Below, piece by piece: positions 26,747 to 41,961 of a stretch of 64,000 nucleotides of DNA. The position numbers were made by a program, and so were the translations under genes. Positions within the stretch are counted from its first letter, which is position 1; each line of letters starts with the position of its first letter. The notes below the pieces were generated by a model. That model searched no databases, was not told the origin of the DNA, and saw nothing but the letters and a program-made list of their open reading frames with translations. Location: assembly GCF_009914755.1 (NCBI RefSeq), contig NC_060934.1; one strand, written 5' to 3'. The DNA is from the human T2T-CHM13v2.0 reference genome, Homo sapiens.

Positions 26747-27094
26747 TTTTTTTCTTTTTTTTTTTCTTTTTGTTTTTTTTTGAGAGAGAGTCTTGCTCTG
26801 TCGCCCAGGCTGGAGTGCAGTGGCACAATCTCGGCTCACTGCAAGTTCCACCTCCTGGGTTCATGCCGTTCTCCTGCCTCAGCCTCCTGGGTTCATGCCG
26901 TTCTCCTGCCTCAGCCTCCTGAGTGGCTGGGACTACAAGCACCTGCCACCAAGCCCAGCTAATTTTTTGTATTTTTAGTAGAGGCTGGTTTTCACTGTGT
27001 TAGCCAGGATGGTCTTGATCTCCTGACCTCGTGATCTGCCTGCCTTAGCCTCCCAAAGTGCTGGGATTACAGGCATGAGCCACTGCGCCTGGCC
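26747..27094 (-). mobile_element. Alu (AluY/Sc-like) with internal 32-bp tandem duplication, inserted in the tail of an older Alu
   Basis: GTGTTAGCCAGGATGGTCTTGATCTCCTGACCTCGTGATC; abuts the poly-T of the next Alu. Confidence 0.96.
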
Positions 27095-27376
27095 TTTTTT
27101 TTTTTTGAAGTACATGATCTCACTCTGTTGTCCAAGCTGGAGTGCAGTGATGTGATCATAGCTCACTGCAGCCTCGAACTCTTGGGCTCAAGCAATCCTC
27201 CTGAATAGCTAGGACTATAGGTGTGCACCACCATGCCCAGCTAATTTTTAGTTTTTTTGTATAGCTGCAATCTCACCATGTTGGCCAGGCTGCTCTTGAA
27301 CTCCTGGCTTCAAGCGATCCTCCCACCTCAGCCTCCCAAAATGCTAGGATTACAGGAATGAGCCACTGCACCAGGC
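27095..27376 (-). mobile_element. Alu (AluJ-like)
   Basis: GATCATAGCTCACTGCAGCCTCGAACTCTTGGGCTCAAGCAATCCTCC. Confidence 0.95.
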
Positions 27377-28660
27377 TCCCCATTTTTTTTCCTTATAATT
27401 TATATTGCAATGTTTGTTCAAGTTCTGTAGGAAATTCCACATTCTGGATTTTGCAGATTGAATCCACATGGTGTTATTTAACGTGTTCCTCTGTCTGCTA
27501 TACTTTTGTAAACTGATAGATCTACAGACTCAGTGAGATTCAGGTTTTGTTTGTTTGTATGTTTGTTGTTGTTTTTTAGCAAGAATACCTGATAAGTGGT
27601 GTGGTGTTCTTCCCATTGCATCACACCAGCAAGCACATCATGTTTTTCTGTCTCTCTTATAACGTGAAGATTGATTAGTGGCATCAGGTGCTGCCAGCAT
27701 TTATCCAGATTCCTTCAATATACAGTAGTTTTTCACCTAATTGTTATGGCAGCCAATGATGATCATTGACTAGACCCATTATTCCTTTGGAGTTAAAAAA
27801 ATCCTTACTCTAATTATGTTATTCTGTCTGCTTTCATTAGCCAGAATTCTTTCATAAGATGGAAACTTTTTTCATAAAATAGATGGTACCCTGAGAGTGT
27901 TTATTAAAGGAAAGGAAGGATAAATGCTTGTCTCTTTCATTTTAATTATCTATTTGCTAAATAGTGAATTGGTTCCCTGGCATCCTCCAAGGATGACCAG
28001 TAAATTTTTTTCTTTAATACCTTCATGAATTTTCATGTGTCTAAGTCCGTTGTAGTTATGATTCTTTTTGCTGAACAAATTCTTCCATCTTGTTCCACTA
28101 GGAGTCTTTTCAGGTGGATTCCTGGGTCCTTACCACCCTGCTTAAGTAGTCTTTGATAATGGCTTTCTTTTTGATGTGACAAAATATCTCAGGTTGATCT
28201 TTTACATTTTCCATCCCAAACCTGGAATAAGCCAAGAATATATAGTTGCTTTTAGTGGGAAGTGGTATTTAGAAATCATAATCTGGACAACGAGGGTGCT
28301 CACTGCAACTGAGTTACTCATTCTTTCCAAGCCTTTTAGTGGGCAGAGCTAGGAAATACATTTTCTTTTTTTTAATTCTCTTTTCCCTGCACCAGGATGT
28401 AAAGTAAGGAAATACATTTTCCATAGGAAAAAAAATCAACATGAATTCATACTATATTTGCATTTCCAATTTAGGATTATGGAGATTTTAGTTACCTTCT
28501 TTGATTTTATATGTGTAATTTGTCTCTTACACTGAAAATTTGGGTCCCTAATGACACAAACATGATGTCTTGTTGCTTTGTATGTATATATAAAATATAT
28601 AATAATTTGTAATATACAGCATAATATAGAATACATAGTATATACTATACTATGTATATA

Positions 28661-28662
<2 letters not shown>

Positions 28663-28703
<41 letters not shown>
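28663..28703. repeat. (CA)n microsatellite, about 20 units
   Basis: Read directly. Confidence 0.98.
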
Positions 28704-28707
<4 letters not shown>

Positions 28708-30309
28708 AGTTTCAGAATAACAATACCAATTGTTACTTTAAAAGTTTGTTTTCTCCTTAGGATATATCCTGCAGACATACACAATCAAGTCATGTTTCTC
28801 AGGCACTTGAGATGAATCCTTGCATGTAGCTAAACTCATCAATTTGATATTTAGGATAATTTTATTTTGTTTTTGATTTTTAGTGATTGCACTTTTTTAT
28901 TTAGAATAATGTGTCTCAGATATACTAAGCAAGTGTTTTCATAGTATTTTCACTTCTGCCCCTACCTTTCCCTACAGGAAACCACTTTTATTCATTTGTT
29001 GTTTATATATTGTAACTTAACTTTTAATATCAGTAAATACACACCACACAAACACGCACACACAGATGCGTGCAAACACATACTTGTATTCCCATCCCTT
29101 TCTTATTAAATGGGAACATCAATACTGCTTTTTAAATCTAACTTTGTATTCTGGAGACTGGCGTGTTGTAGTATATAGAGATATTTCTCATCACTTTTTA
29201 CCACTGTGCAGATTCCATTGCATGCATATTCATATTTTCTTGCACCTGTCCTCTAATAATGGGCGTGTGATGGTTTTTCATCTTTTACTGTTATAGATGG
29301 TGCTTCATCTATAGCCTCATGCACACAACTTTACATGGTTTTGCCAGTGTGTCTTCATGATAGATTCTTTGCAGTGGGTTGATGTAATTGGAAGGCAAAT
29401 GCATATGACAATTTTGGTAAATAATACTCAATTGAATGCCATAAGGTTATTGAATTGTAACATCTCACCAGAAATAAACGAGCCTGCTTATTTCTCCACA
29501 ACCTTTCCAACCTATTATGTTGCCAGACTTTTGTACCTTTGAAAATTTATCACATGAGAAATGGCATCTGAGTGCAGTTTTATAGATCTCAATGTATGTT
29601 TTTTGGTTTGTTTCTATACTGCTTAGAGTTTATAATATTTTGGAAAATTCTCAGACAGTATCTCCGTTATCATTACTTCTACCTCATTCCCTTTCTCTTC
29701 TTCTTTTGGAACTCAATTACAGATTTGTTAGACCTTAGGCCCACATCACATACATGTCTTATGCTTTTTTTTTTTTTACTTTATTTTTCATTCATTTTCT
29801 CTCTGTATTTTATTCTAGCTATATATTTCTGATATATTTTTTACTTTTGTATTTCTTTCTTCTGTCCTATAATCTGCTGGTAAATTCATGCATTTTTGTT
29901 CTCTGTTTCTGTTATGGAGTTTTCATTTGGTTATTTTTGCTAATTGGAAACTAAAATTTCCTATTCAGTCTTTTGGTCCCTTAAAGACTCTTGGTGGTTC
30001 TGTTTCTGTGGATGTGTTTCTGTTGAGTTTTTTGGGAAGAAGTCAGTCTTGTTTTATGATCACGTCCTGGTTTCTGGTATGCCTGGATTTTCCTGAAATG
30101 AATGCTGTAGATCATATGTAAAAGATATACAGACTTAATTGAAGGTACGATGATGTTATCTTACTCCAGATAGTGTTTATTTTTTTCCATAATTTCCTGT
30201 GTTTTTATGTTGTGTATATTTGTTTAATACCATGAAACTCCTTTTCTGTGATATTCAAAATGAAGGTCGTGGTAGTTTTGAGTGGAAGGCAGTTTTGTAT
30301 TGTGTTTTT

Positions 30310-30885
30310 AAAACTTTATTTTCCAGCAATTAAAGATGTCCACAGTTATGAGAAATAATACAAAGAGATCCTGTAGCGCCTTCTCTCAGTTTCCTCTAGT
30401 GGTAATATCTGGCATAACTGTAATATATCACAACCAAGAACTTGTGTCACTCTTTTATAGGTCAAGCCTCTTTTCTCCTCCTCGCCCTACCCCGTTTCTG
30501 ACAACCACTAATGCCTTCTTTATCTGCGTAACTTTTTCACCGTATGAATGTTACATAAATGGGCTCATACAGTAGGTAACCTTTTGAGACTGGCTTCTTT
30601 TCCACTCAGCATAATTCCCTTGAGGTCCATCCAGGTTGTTGTATATAGCAATAGTTTGTTCCTTTTATTACTGAGTAGTATCCCATAATATGGATATAGC
30701 ATAATTATTTTCAACCATACAAGGGCATTTGGGTTGTTTCTAGTTTTGGGTTATTTTGAATAAAGCTGCTTTGAACATTTGTGTGCAGTTTTTTGTGTGT
30801 GCACAAAAGTTTTTATTTCTCTGAGTTAAATGCCCAGGAGTGCAGTTGCTAGATCCCATGGTAATTGCATGTTTAGTTTTGTAAA
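30310..30885 (-). mobile_element. L1MB-like 3' end
   Basis: ACCTTTTGAGACTGGCTTCTTTCCACTCAGCATAATTCCCTTGAGGTCCATCCAGGTTGTTG; GGGCATTTGGGTTGTTTCTAGTTTTGG. Confidence 0.85.
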
Positions 30886-33800
30886 CGTCTGGGAGGCAGG
30901 ACTTTAAGGTTGCTGGGGCCTCAGGGATGCATAGGACAGCTGGGGCCTTGCATCCTCGACTGCTTCAGCTGAAGACACAGTCTAGAGTCTGTGTACTCTG
31001 GCTTAGGTTGAGATTGGGAAGACATCCCTTGTTCTCACTTCCAGCCCTCTCACTTCAGTCAAGACTTTTGCTTACAAAGGGCAGCACAGAGGCTCACCGT
31101 GCTTAAGTGTCACGTGGATTTACTGGACAGACCATTTGCACACATGTGAGGCAAGTGGTATCGAATTTTACCTGGTAGCAGGTGCCAGCTTCCTTCCTGC
31201 ATGCCCTGTCCCCTTTATCCTCAAAGCAGGCAGAGAATATGGCCACTTGGCATTCTCAGTCTCAGCCCCCACAACCCCACCCCCAGACAGAGATGTACAC
31301 TAGCCCCTTCATTTGAGTTCCAGATGTCCTAAGGCAGAACTCTGAATGTCCCTTTGGGTCCTATGTCTAGTTCTGTCCCTGGTGGCCAGTGCCAGAGTCT
31401 TACAGCACAGCCCCATGTGTTGGGAGCGCCAGCTTTGGGGTAATTGTCATAGACAGTAGCGCCCTGTCGGGTCAGTTCCGTGTGAGAACCTGAGAGGGAA
31501 GGAGAGTTGCTCACGGTCAGACAGGAGCTCTCATCAGCAGCTGAGCCTGCATCCCCAGGCGTTTGCCTCCTTCCTTTGGTTTTGCTGATTTCGCTTCCTT
31601 GTGGGGAGACAGAGCTCGGCCTTTCTGCTCTCCTGTTGCGCTGGCTGTGTACTGTTTATTATAGCCTACGTAGAGAGAATAGAGGGACAGACAGCATTTC
31701 TGGTGACAGGGCATATCCAGTGAAATGCAGACATAAATCATCTTTTAAACAAGGGTGGGTTTGCGGTAGGAAGGCCTGTGTGAGGAAATAGGCCCTCTCT
31801 GGGCTCCCTCCGTCCTTCACAGAGTGCCTCCTGACCCAGGGTCGCAAGCCAGGTTCTGTGCCAGGCACCACTCCAGAGCAGGTATCTGTGGCTTGACAAG
31901 GATGCACAGGGCAGCCGATCCTTGGAAAGTCTGTGTGTCCAAAGTGCCTCTGGTTATATTTCAAGGACCTGCCTGAGCTGAGTCACAGTTAGCCTCTGAC
32001 AATATTTCTAATAGACCACTCTGTTGTTGGACAGTTTTTACCATTTGCACTTCCAGTATGACCACTCCAGGTCTCTGCATTAATTTTTCTTTTTAAATCC
32101 TCTGTTTTAATGTTTTCGGGGGAGGGGGGGCCCACTTCTATCTGAAAATGCCCATCCAGACACTGTGGGTTCTGTGCCAATGCCAGGGAAGGAAGCTCAG
32201 GGTTCTGCCCTGGGCCCTAAGACCTTAGTGACTCAGGCAGCCCTGCTACTGGTTGGGAGCGCTCTCCACTGGCCACCTCTGCTGCAAAGCTCTTTTCTCT
32301 TGCTTCATGAGAAGTGGAAGAGTGTGAAACAGTACACGGAGGCCTTTCTGGCTGTTTACAAGGGAGATGGGCCACCAGTGTTTGTCACCGGAGCTTCAGG
32401 GTAGCATGCCTAGGAGAGGAGCAAACAGGGGCCTTGGGGCTGTGGAGTCATGCTGGGAAGATGAAGAAAAGACAGTTGGTAACTGACAAATTGCAGGTGT
32501 GATCATTACTCTCTGTGACTCCCTGTTTCTCAGATGCACTGTTGCTTACATCTTTGTATGCTTTTGCATTCCTGCTGATTGATTCAAGGTGCAACGTGCC
32601 TGCTTGTCAGGTATGCTGTTGATCACATTATTTAAGAAGAAATAAAGTCGTTCCCGCAGCTCCACCTGCAGTGATGGGCTTTAATGTTTTGTGCTTCCCG
32701 AGGAAAACCTGCCGATGATGTGAAGTGACATTCAACCCGCCGAGAGCTGATACTGGCAGACAAATTTCATGTCCTGTCTCCTGATCACCAGTTTGCTGCC
32801 TCCAAGTTGTTAGGGATATTAAAAACAGGGGTGGGAAGTCCCCACTTGACAGGTTCAATTTGTAATGTGAAAGGTGCTGAGAAACAAAGCAAGGACCCAG
32901 GCAGCTTTCTGCCAAGGCTGCTGGCCCCACACTCAGCAAGGCAAAGAGAAAGGGGATCTATCTGCTAGTAGCATGAGTGTGGGAGAGGAGGGGGCTGTTG
33001 TAGGGTGCCGTGGAGGACTCATACATGATCCTGGGAAGAGCGCTGCTGCTAGCCCAGGGCCACAAAGCGTCAAGGACGTTGAGCTCCTGTGCATGCTCCT
33101 GTAGCCTTGTGTCATCTGAAGAAGCACAGAAGTGGCAGGAATGGCCTTTTCATAGGGCATGGGATGCTGTAACTGATGTGCAATCTGTTATCTCAAAGGA
33201 GACCTTAGCACAAGTGGGAAAGGAAAAACTGCCCGACCATGGAGAGAACACAAGTGGGCTGAGTGTAGCTGCCTCTCCTTACCTGTGGCTGGTGCCATGA
33301 AGGAGTGCTGCTGTCATTGGACACTGTGGGGCCAGCACCGGGTTTTGTGTGTCACTTGCATTCTCCCTTGGTACACAGAGCCCAGACTGGTTTCCTGGTC
33401 CCTTCCCAGCGAGCACTGTGATGGCTTTGCCATTGAGGTGGATGGAGGTCCTTGACCAAAGCATGCTTCCCCCTGACCCCATCCCACCCGCAGGTTGGCA
33501 GCTCATCCTCTTCCACCTGCTGTGAAAGGGCTGGGTCTGGGGACATGGGATGAGGGCGACTTGCCTGCCCTATGAACCAGAAGATCAACCCCTCTGAAGC
33601 CAGGCAGCAGATTCTGCGGCTAGATCACCCTTAGATACAGCACAGGGCCTAACGTGTTGGTGGCACCCACTGTGTATTTGTGGGATGCTTGAGGAAATCA
33701 AAAAGAAACCAACACAAAAGAAAAGACTCTTCATTGTAAAAAGCCTGATGAGAACAGACAGGATGTGGCCTCTGCCAAAACCACCATCCACTTCCCCACC

Positions 33801-34105
33801 CAACTCTCTGCCTCCAGTATGCCCTGAGAACCCGCCTAGTCATCTGATCTGCCTCCATCATGCAGGCGTACTGAGCTCCTTCACTCCTCAGGTGAAGCCA
33901 CCCGGAGCACACCGCGGATATGCAGCTTGAGAAAGCCAGTGTGTGCTCGCCCACGTTACCCTCCAGGGCAGGTGCAGGTGACCACTTGTCTCAGCCCACC
34001 TGGCCCCTCAACTCATTTTGTGTTACTGACCCTCTCTCTTCCATCCTCATGGTACTTGGGGTGTCCAGTTTAAGGCCTGTCTCAGATATACTTATAATGC
34101 AATAG

Positions 34106-34835
<730 letters not shown>

Positions 34836-34892
34836 AAGTTGTCCTATTCTTAAATAAGGATAGCACATATAGAATTATTATGGGGATTCAGG

Positions 34893-35591
34893 TGTAACCC
34901 CAGGGCTTTGGGAGGCCTAGGTGGGAGGATCACTTGATGCCAGGAATTTAAGTTTTCAGCCTGGGCAACAAAGTGAAACCCCTTCTGTGAGTCCATTTTG
35001 TGTTGCTCTAGAGGAATACCTGAGGCTGGGTAACTTGATAAACAAGAGGTTTATTTGGCCCATAGTTCTGCAGGCTGTACAAGCGTGGTACCAGCATCTG
35101 CTCAGCTCTCAGAGGCCTTAGGAAACTTTTACTCCTGGCAGAAGGCAGAAGGAGAGCAGGTATGACACATGGCACGAGCAGGAGCAAGAGAGGGAGAGGA
35201 GGAGGTGCCAGCTTCCTTTGAACAACCAGCTTTCGTGTGAACTATCAAACCAGACCTCACTCATTGCCACAGGGAAGGCACCAAGTTATTCATAAGGTAT
35301 CCACTCCCATGACCCAAACACCTCCCACTATGCCCCATCTCCAGCATTGGGGGTCACATTTCAACATGAGATTTGGAGGGGACAAAACGTCCAAACCATA
35401 TCGCCCCCTCCCTACAAAAAAAATTTAGAAATACCTAGGTGTGGTTGTGTGCACCTGTACTCTTAGCTACTTGAGGGGCTGAGGCGAGAAGATTGTTTGA
35501 GCCCAGGAATTTGAGGTTACAGTGAGCTGTGATTATACCACTGCAGTCCAGTGAGACACTGCCCACCCCACCCCGATAAAAAAAAAAAAAG
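34893..35591 (+). mobile_element. AluJ split by an MST LTR insertion (Alu parts 34893-34983 and 35404-35591)
   Basis: Left arm ends GTGAAACCCCT; sequence resumes CCCCCTCCCTACAAAAAAAATT and continues into the right arm. Confidence 0.85.
34984..35403 (-). mobile_element. MST (MSTB-like) MaLR solo LTR
   Basis: GAATACCTGAGGCTGGGTAA...TTTCAACATGAGATTTGGAGGGGACAAAACGTCCAAACCATATC; 5-bp TSD CCCCT/CCCCC. Confidence 0.92.
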
Positions 35592-35879
35592 AACTGTGAT
35601 TGGGAGGGTTTGGGGCCAAGGTTGCTTAAACAAACACAGCCCACAGCTCTGTGCCAATTGAGGTTTGGGATTCCTGCCTCACCCCTAGATAACCAATAAA
35701 GTAGCTATGATACATTAAGTTCCTTTTGTTCTTAAGAGAAGGTGATGGGTGTAACTAGAGTGTTGACAACATGAAAAACCTAAAATCAGGTTGGAGATAA
35801 ATATTTAAATCTCCTCTATTGGATACTGATAATGATGCTCTTAAGTAAAAATAAATATAGCAGGGGCCTATTAGGGGAG

Positions 35880-36020
35880 ACAGGCTCTGGCTTTCTTACA
35901 GCATGCTGTTGCTGTGTGGTTTGGGTCACGTTTCTTAACCTCTCTGGGATTTCCTTTCCTCTGGTCTGAAATGAGCAGTTGTTGTACTTGCCGTATAATT
36001 TCTGAGGCCTCTTCTTACTC
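35880..36020 (+). mobile_element. MIR fragment
   Basis: GCTGTGTGGTTTGGGTCACGTTTCTTAACCTCTCTGGG...TTTCCTC...CTGAAATG. Confidence 0.6.
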
Positions 36021-37039
36021 AGAACTTCTGACTGTTTTTAAAAGATGGAGCATTACCTCTCTATACCTGACTGTGCCGCATGCCATTCGATTTTGTTATC
36101 GAAGCAGGTCAGCCCGTTGTTTTTCACATAGATTCTTACAATGCAACAAAGCATCACAGTTACTCACAAGGGAAGGCAGGGGAGGAGGGGGAATGTGGTG
36201 TCAGAAGCCAGACCCATCCTCACGTAGTGGAGCTGCACCTGCCCATCTCCCAGAAAGTCCTTCAAGCCCCTTTCAGCGCCTCCACCTGCAGGCCTGTTCT
36301 TTGCAAGCCTGGCTGTGGTCTGTTTTGCATAAAAGAAGATTATCCAGCAGTGGGGTTTGCTCTTCTCTTTTTACATGGCTGCCATAGCAAGCCAACAAGA
36401 AACCTGCCGTGTGGAGTGACGGTCAGGAACCTTGCAAGATGCCGTCGAGGCTCTGTCTACACCAGGCAAAGAATCTTCCAGATTCCTGCTCTCTAACTCA
36501 GATGAAAGTAGTTGCTGCAGAGTGTGTTTGCTTCTCTGTCTGCCTCAGGGCTGAGCTTCTAAACATACCTGGTCTAGTGGGTTGCACAGCTGATTCCAGG
36601 ACAATGGGATGAGGGAAGGGGAAGATAGAGGCTGGCAGAGGTGGCTTTTTGTGGCATGCATGGGAAAGCGGTAGGGGGTGCTCTTCACAGTTGTGGGGGA
36701 GGCTTAGCCTGAATCTCAGGGCACAGCTGAAGAAGGAGAGCAGCCTGGAAATGCGTCCTAAAGAGCCGCTCAGCCACGGCAGCTGTGAGCTGTGGCCCAT
36801 CAGTGGCTGGAGGTGGGACCATTTGAGCTTTTCACTGAGATAGAGCCTGTGTCAAGTGTTCTGAACAACTTGCTGTGGCCTCATGTGAGCTTGGCTGTGG
36901 AATCAGGGAGGCCAGCACAGAGCGTGGGGCAGCTATTCCCAGTTCATCAGCATCAGCCACGGTGTGCAGAGGAGGGGTGGGAGTGAGGGATGGTCGAGAG
37001 GGAGAACCTGTTGATTTGCCCGCAAGCTAGTTGTGGAAG

Positions 37040-37440
37040 ACAAGCACAGGCCAAGAAATGTGGGTGGACACCATTAATGGAGATGGAAGGAGGTGTTGGA
37101 ATGGAGGAACACGGTCATTGACTTTTTGCACATGCTTAGTCTGAGATGCCTCCAGGGCAGTAGGATAAGCTAACCTGTGGGAATGTGGAGGGACGAATCC
37201 ATAGCTCAGAAGCAAGCGGTATCTGCAGGAATGGATTATACTGGCTGGATCATAGGGGGTCAGTGAGTCATGAGAATGAGCCCTAATTGTAGAGAGTAGG
37301 ATGTGTGATGAGAGAAGTGGGGACGCATCGTCATGGGGACCATCTTGATGGAGGGAGGGAGAAAAGAGAGGAGAGATAGGCAGTGAGCACAGAAGGAGGA
37401 GAGGAGAACCAGGCAGGAGCTATGCCAGTGACACCAAGGA
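37040..37440 (-). mobile_element. L2 fragment
   Basis: TTTTTGCACATGCTTAGTCTGAGATGCCT, GAGGAGAACCAGG antisense L2-like motifs. Confidence 0.55.
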
Positions 37441-38857
37441 AGGGTGCGTTTGCTGTGATGTGTTTTCATCACGTTTTCATAATTAACCAACAGATTAATA
37501 TTCCTCAGAAATACAAAGCACCTCTCAATCATGCTATACCTTCTTCCCAACTTTACAGTAATACATTTCTTAACTTTCTAGTTATGTTTTAGCACCTTAG
37601 AATATTGAAAACATAAACCAAACCCTCATGGCACGAGCATGGGAAGCCCTTGTGATGAAAATCAGCTCAATGAGAGGGGAAATGCGGGAAGCATTTTTAG
37701 CAGAAAGTGATGACAGCTTGGAGCATCCCAAAGCTATGCATTATTCAGACGTGTCGGAGCGAGAGTGCCCGATTTCACCACCCATTACCTATTGGGATGC
37801 CTTCTTCTCTGCTTGCTAATCTGAATATTACTCATTTCAAGGTTTTGTTTATATTATCTTGAGGGGAAACAAACAGTACCTAATTAATCCCACCAAACAT
37901 AATATTGGAAAAGCAATTATTCCCACCACGTGTAATAAACCATCTGTAGGGAAAATAATCCATTAAGTGTGAATCAGTGTGAATTTTAAAACTATTATTA
38001 AGATCAGATTGGTTCCTCGTTATGAGCACCATAATTTTAGTATTTGTTCATGCATACTGTGTTATGCCATGTTCTGTAACCTTAAATCCTTAATGTCCAA
38101 ACAAATAATATCTATATGCTAATTAGTGTCAAAAATCACAGGTCAGCCAATCAGGTGTTTCACAGATGAGCCCCTTTTTTGGGGGTTAGCTCGAATCTGT
38201 GATTAATTAGAAAGTGAGTCCCCTATTTTGAAATTCTAGTGATAATTGTAGCAGAGGGCTGAATTTATTTGCATTTTCAGTAAATCATCCATTAACTGAA
38301 ATGAAATCTTTTTGTTAAATTACTGCTCCTGGTTCAGTTAGGAGGGAGTTTTCCCTTCATTTTTAAATGTACTGGAGTATCCTTCAGTTCTCCTTGAGTG
38401 AGAAGCAATCGCTTTGACCATTGTCAACCAGAAAGAATTTCCCCACAGCATTTCTCTCTTTCCCAGCTGGGCCATAAATTGTCTCGTGACTGAGGTTGCT
38501 GTCTGCTCCTGAGCAAGCTGGAAGCAATGATGAGCTCAGAGCTGGGCTTTATTAAATCCTAGGAAGACACATAAAAATTGTTAGCAGTTGATTTCGCAGG
38601 AAACACCTAGCAAACTTGTCGGGGTTTATATTACAAAGCCCAGGGCCTGCAGTTAGCAGATCATCTTTTTTGAAAAGCATTTGGGTACCTTTGTCAGAGC
38701 TTTTCTGCATTTTGACGTAGGAGGATACCTGAGGGCCATGGTTGTGAGAAAGGAGAGAACCCACCCAGGTGTCCTGGGGATTGTTTTATTCATAAAGTAA
38801 TTCGGATGATCTCGAGGTGGTCCAGGGAGATGGGATAGAGTCAGCCAAGGTGTCTAT

Positions 38858-39612
<755 letters not shown>

Positions 39613-41557
39613 TCATCTCTCCGTGTGACTGGTTAAGTCTTGATGTGATCTCCTAGACCTACGTACTTTGGAGCTAGCCAGGGTATGATCAGCGAGAGGC
39701 TTAGGACTTGGTTAGTTCAACCAAGCTGTTGGAGCCCATTCTTGCCTCAACCTAGTGAAATCAAACCTTGCATCCTTTTCTCTTGCCTTTCTGAAGATGT
39801 GGATTTGAAAAAAAGAAAAGTATTCCTGCAAAGTTCCTTATCTCAGGCTCCATGGCATTTCTCAGAGCATCCGGCCATTGAGAACTGACTCCGTTTCTCC
39901 AAATTCAGCCTTCCCATGTGAGTTCTGTCCTGAGATGTGATTGGGGATTGGAAGCCAAGCAGACCCAGCAAAGGGAAGGTGACCAGTGGACTCCACCTGC
40001 TCAGCAAACACTGACCTGGCTTTTCCTTTCTGGGAAGTTCCGCAGGCCAGCTGGCATCCTCCCCGATGGCATTTCCTGGAGTCCTCACCTGAACTCTTGG
40101 GAATTGCCGCCTAGAGACCACCATGCAAAGCAGGATGTTGAAGACAGATTAGAAGGCTTCTTTCGCGCTGCCTCTCCTGTGCGGCTTCTCTCCGTTGTCT
40201 GTCTCCTCTCTTGTGCTTTCTGGATCTCTTCTAAAGCTTCTTGGGAAAAGCCAAACAGGAAATGAGCCACCAAGAGACTGGGCTTAGACAATGATGGCCA
40301 AGTAGAAAAGATTCTATGTTCTAGCATTGGGGACTGCAGAGGAGACAGCTGCCCCTTTCCAGGACCTGTCGAAGGACAAAGTCTAAGGTCCGTGGGGATC
40401 ACCCTTCAGGAAGATGGCATCAGGCCACAAAAATAGAAAAGAGATATCGCCCTCCCTTTTATAGCACAAATGTTACCAGTCATGCTAGTATCAAAAATTA
40501 TATTCCAGTTTACTTTCTGCTTCCCTTTCAGGCCTGAGATGCCTGGTTGATCCATCTTCGAATACTTTCAGGGAGCTAGTTTTTCTTGGGCCTTTTTCCC
40601 TCTTAGGGGCCACCACAGAATGGCCTCCCCAGCCGTTTTCTCTCCCTAATTCTGGAGCCTGGCCTGCCTGTCCTCCCGAGAGCCCCACCTGACTTTCTTT
40701 GCTTTGCTTTGCCTCTGTGGCTCAGCTTGTTTCATCCGTTCCTCCTTGCCATTTTGAAGGCAGTGCCAGCACTGGAGAACCCTATCAGTGCTTGCAACCC
40801 CACCACGAGGCCGGCAGCCGGGAGGGCTGGGCGCATCCGCTCACTGTAATCTCCAGAACAGATACCAGCTTTTCCTAACCCCCTAGCCTGTTCTAACCCT
40901 TGAACTGCTTGAGAGATGTCAAAATCATAACTCTCTGGGGAAGAGGAGTCAGTGTTTCTGTCCTAGCAGCACGCATCAGTGCAATCAGAGCTCTGTAAAA
41001 GCCAGGATCCACCAAGGGGAGGATTTGTGAAGCTTTTTCCAGTTACAGTGAGAACTGGGCAGGCATCGAGTCTCAGTTTCAGTGCCGCTTGAATACAGGG
41101 TGTCAGTGTCACTTGAGTGCTAGGCGGAAGTGCAGGTTAGGCCTGGATCGGAGGGTTAATGATTAGGTTTCTCCCGGGCTGCTTTTCACATCAGTGCTGT
41201 GCAATAAGCACTTTTACAAGTCAGGCTGCTTCCTTTGTTTGAGCTGCTAACCCTGTGTATTGAGCCTAGCTAAATAACTCCGATATTAGGATAATATACA
41301 AATGAATGTGTAAAACACACTTCAGTGAGTACTGTGCTAACCGCTTCTTTTGGTGGAGGGAGGAAAGAAGGGTGTTTACAAAACGGCTTCGCTTTGCTAT
41401 TGTCATGAGGAGAACAGGAATTTCTCCAGGCTGTGTGGTCACCGGTGAATATATGCATCTAGGTTTTAGTATTTATTTGGAAATCAAATGTATTATGGGC
41501 AAGGGTATGTAATGAACCAGCCATTTAAAGATCCCTGGACATAAAATGCAAGCTTTT

Positions 41558-41961
<404 letters not shown>

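Larger units (their letters stand above)
26320..30100 (-). mobile_element. Patchwork of old L1M (L1MC/L1ME-like) fragments
   Basis: AT-rich antisense L1 3'-end signatures such as TTTTATTATCAAAACTTTCATACATGTACAGAAGTAG, TTGAAGCAAATCTTAGGCATTATATC and AGTGGGAAGTGGTATTTAGAAA. Confidence 0.6.

Noticed and set aside
37652-37824. Possible C/D box snoRNA (GTGATGA ... CTGA)
   Set aside because: No terminal stem and no recognisable rRNA/snRNA guide; these motifs are expected by chance.
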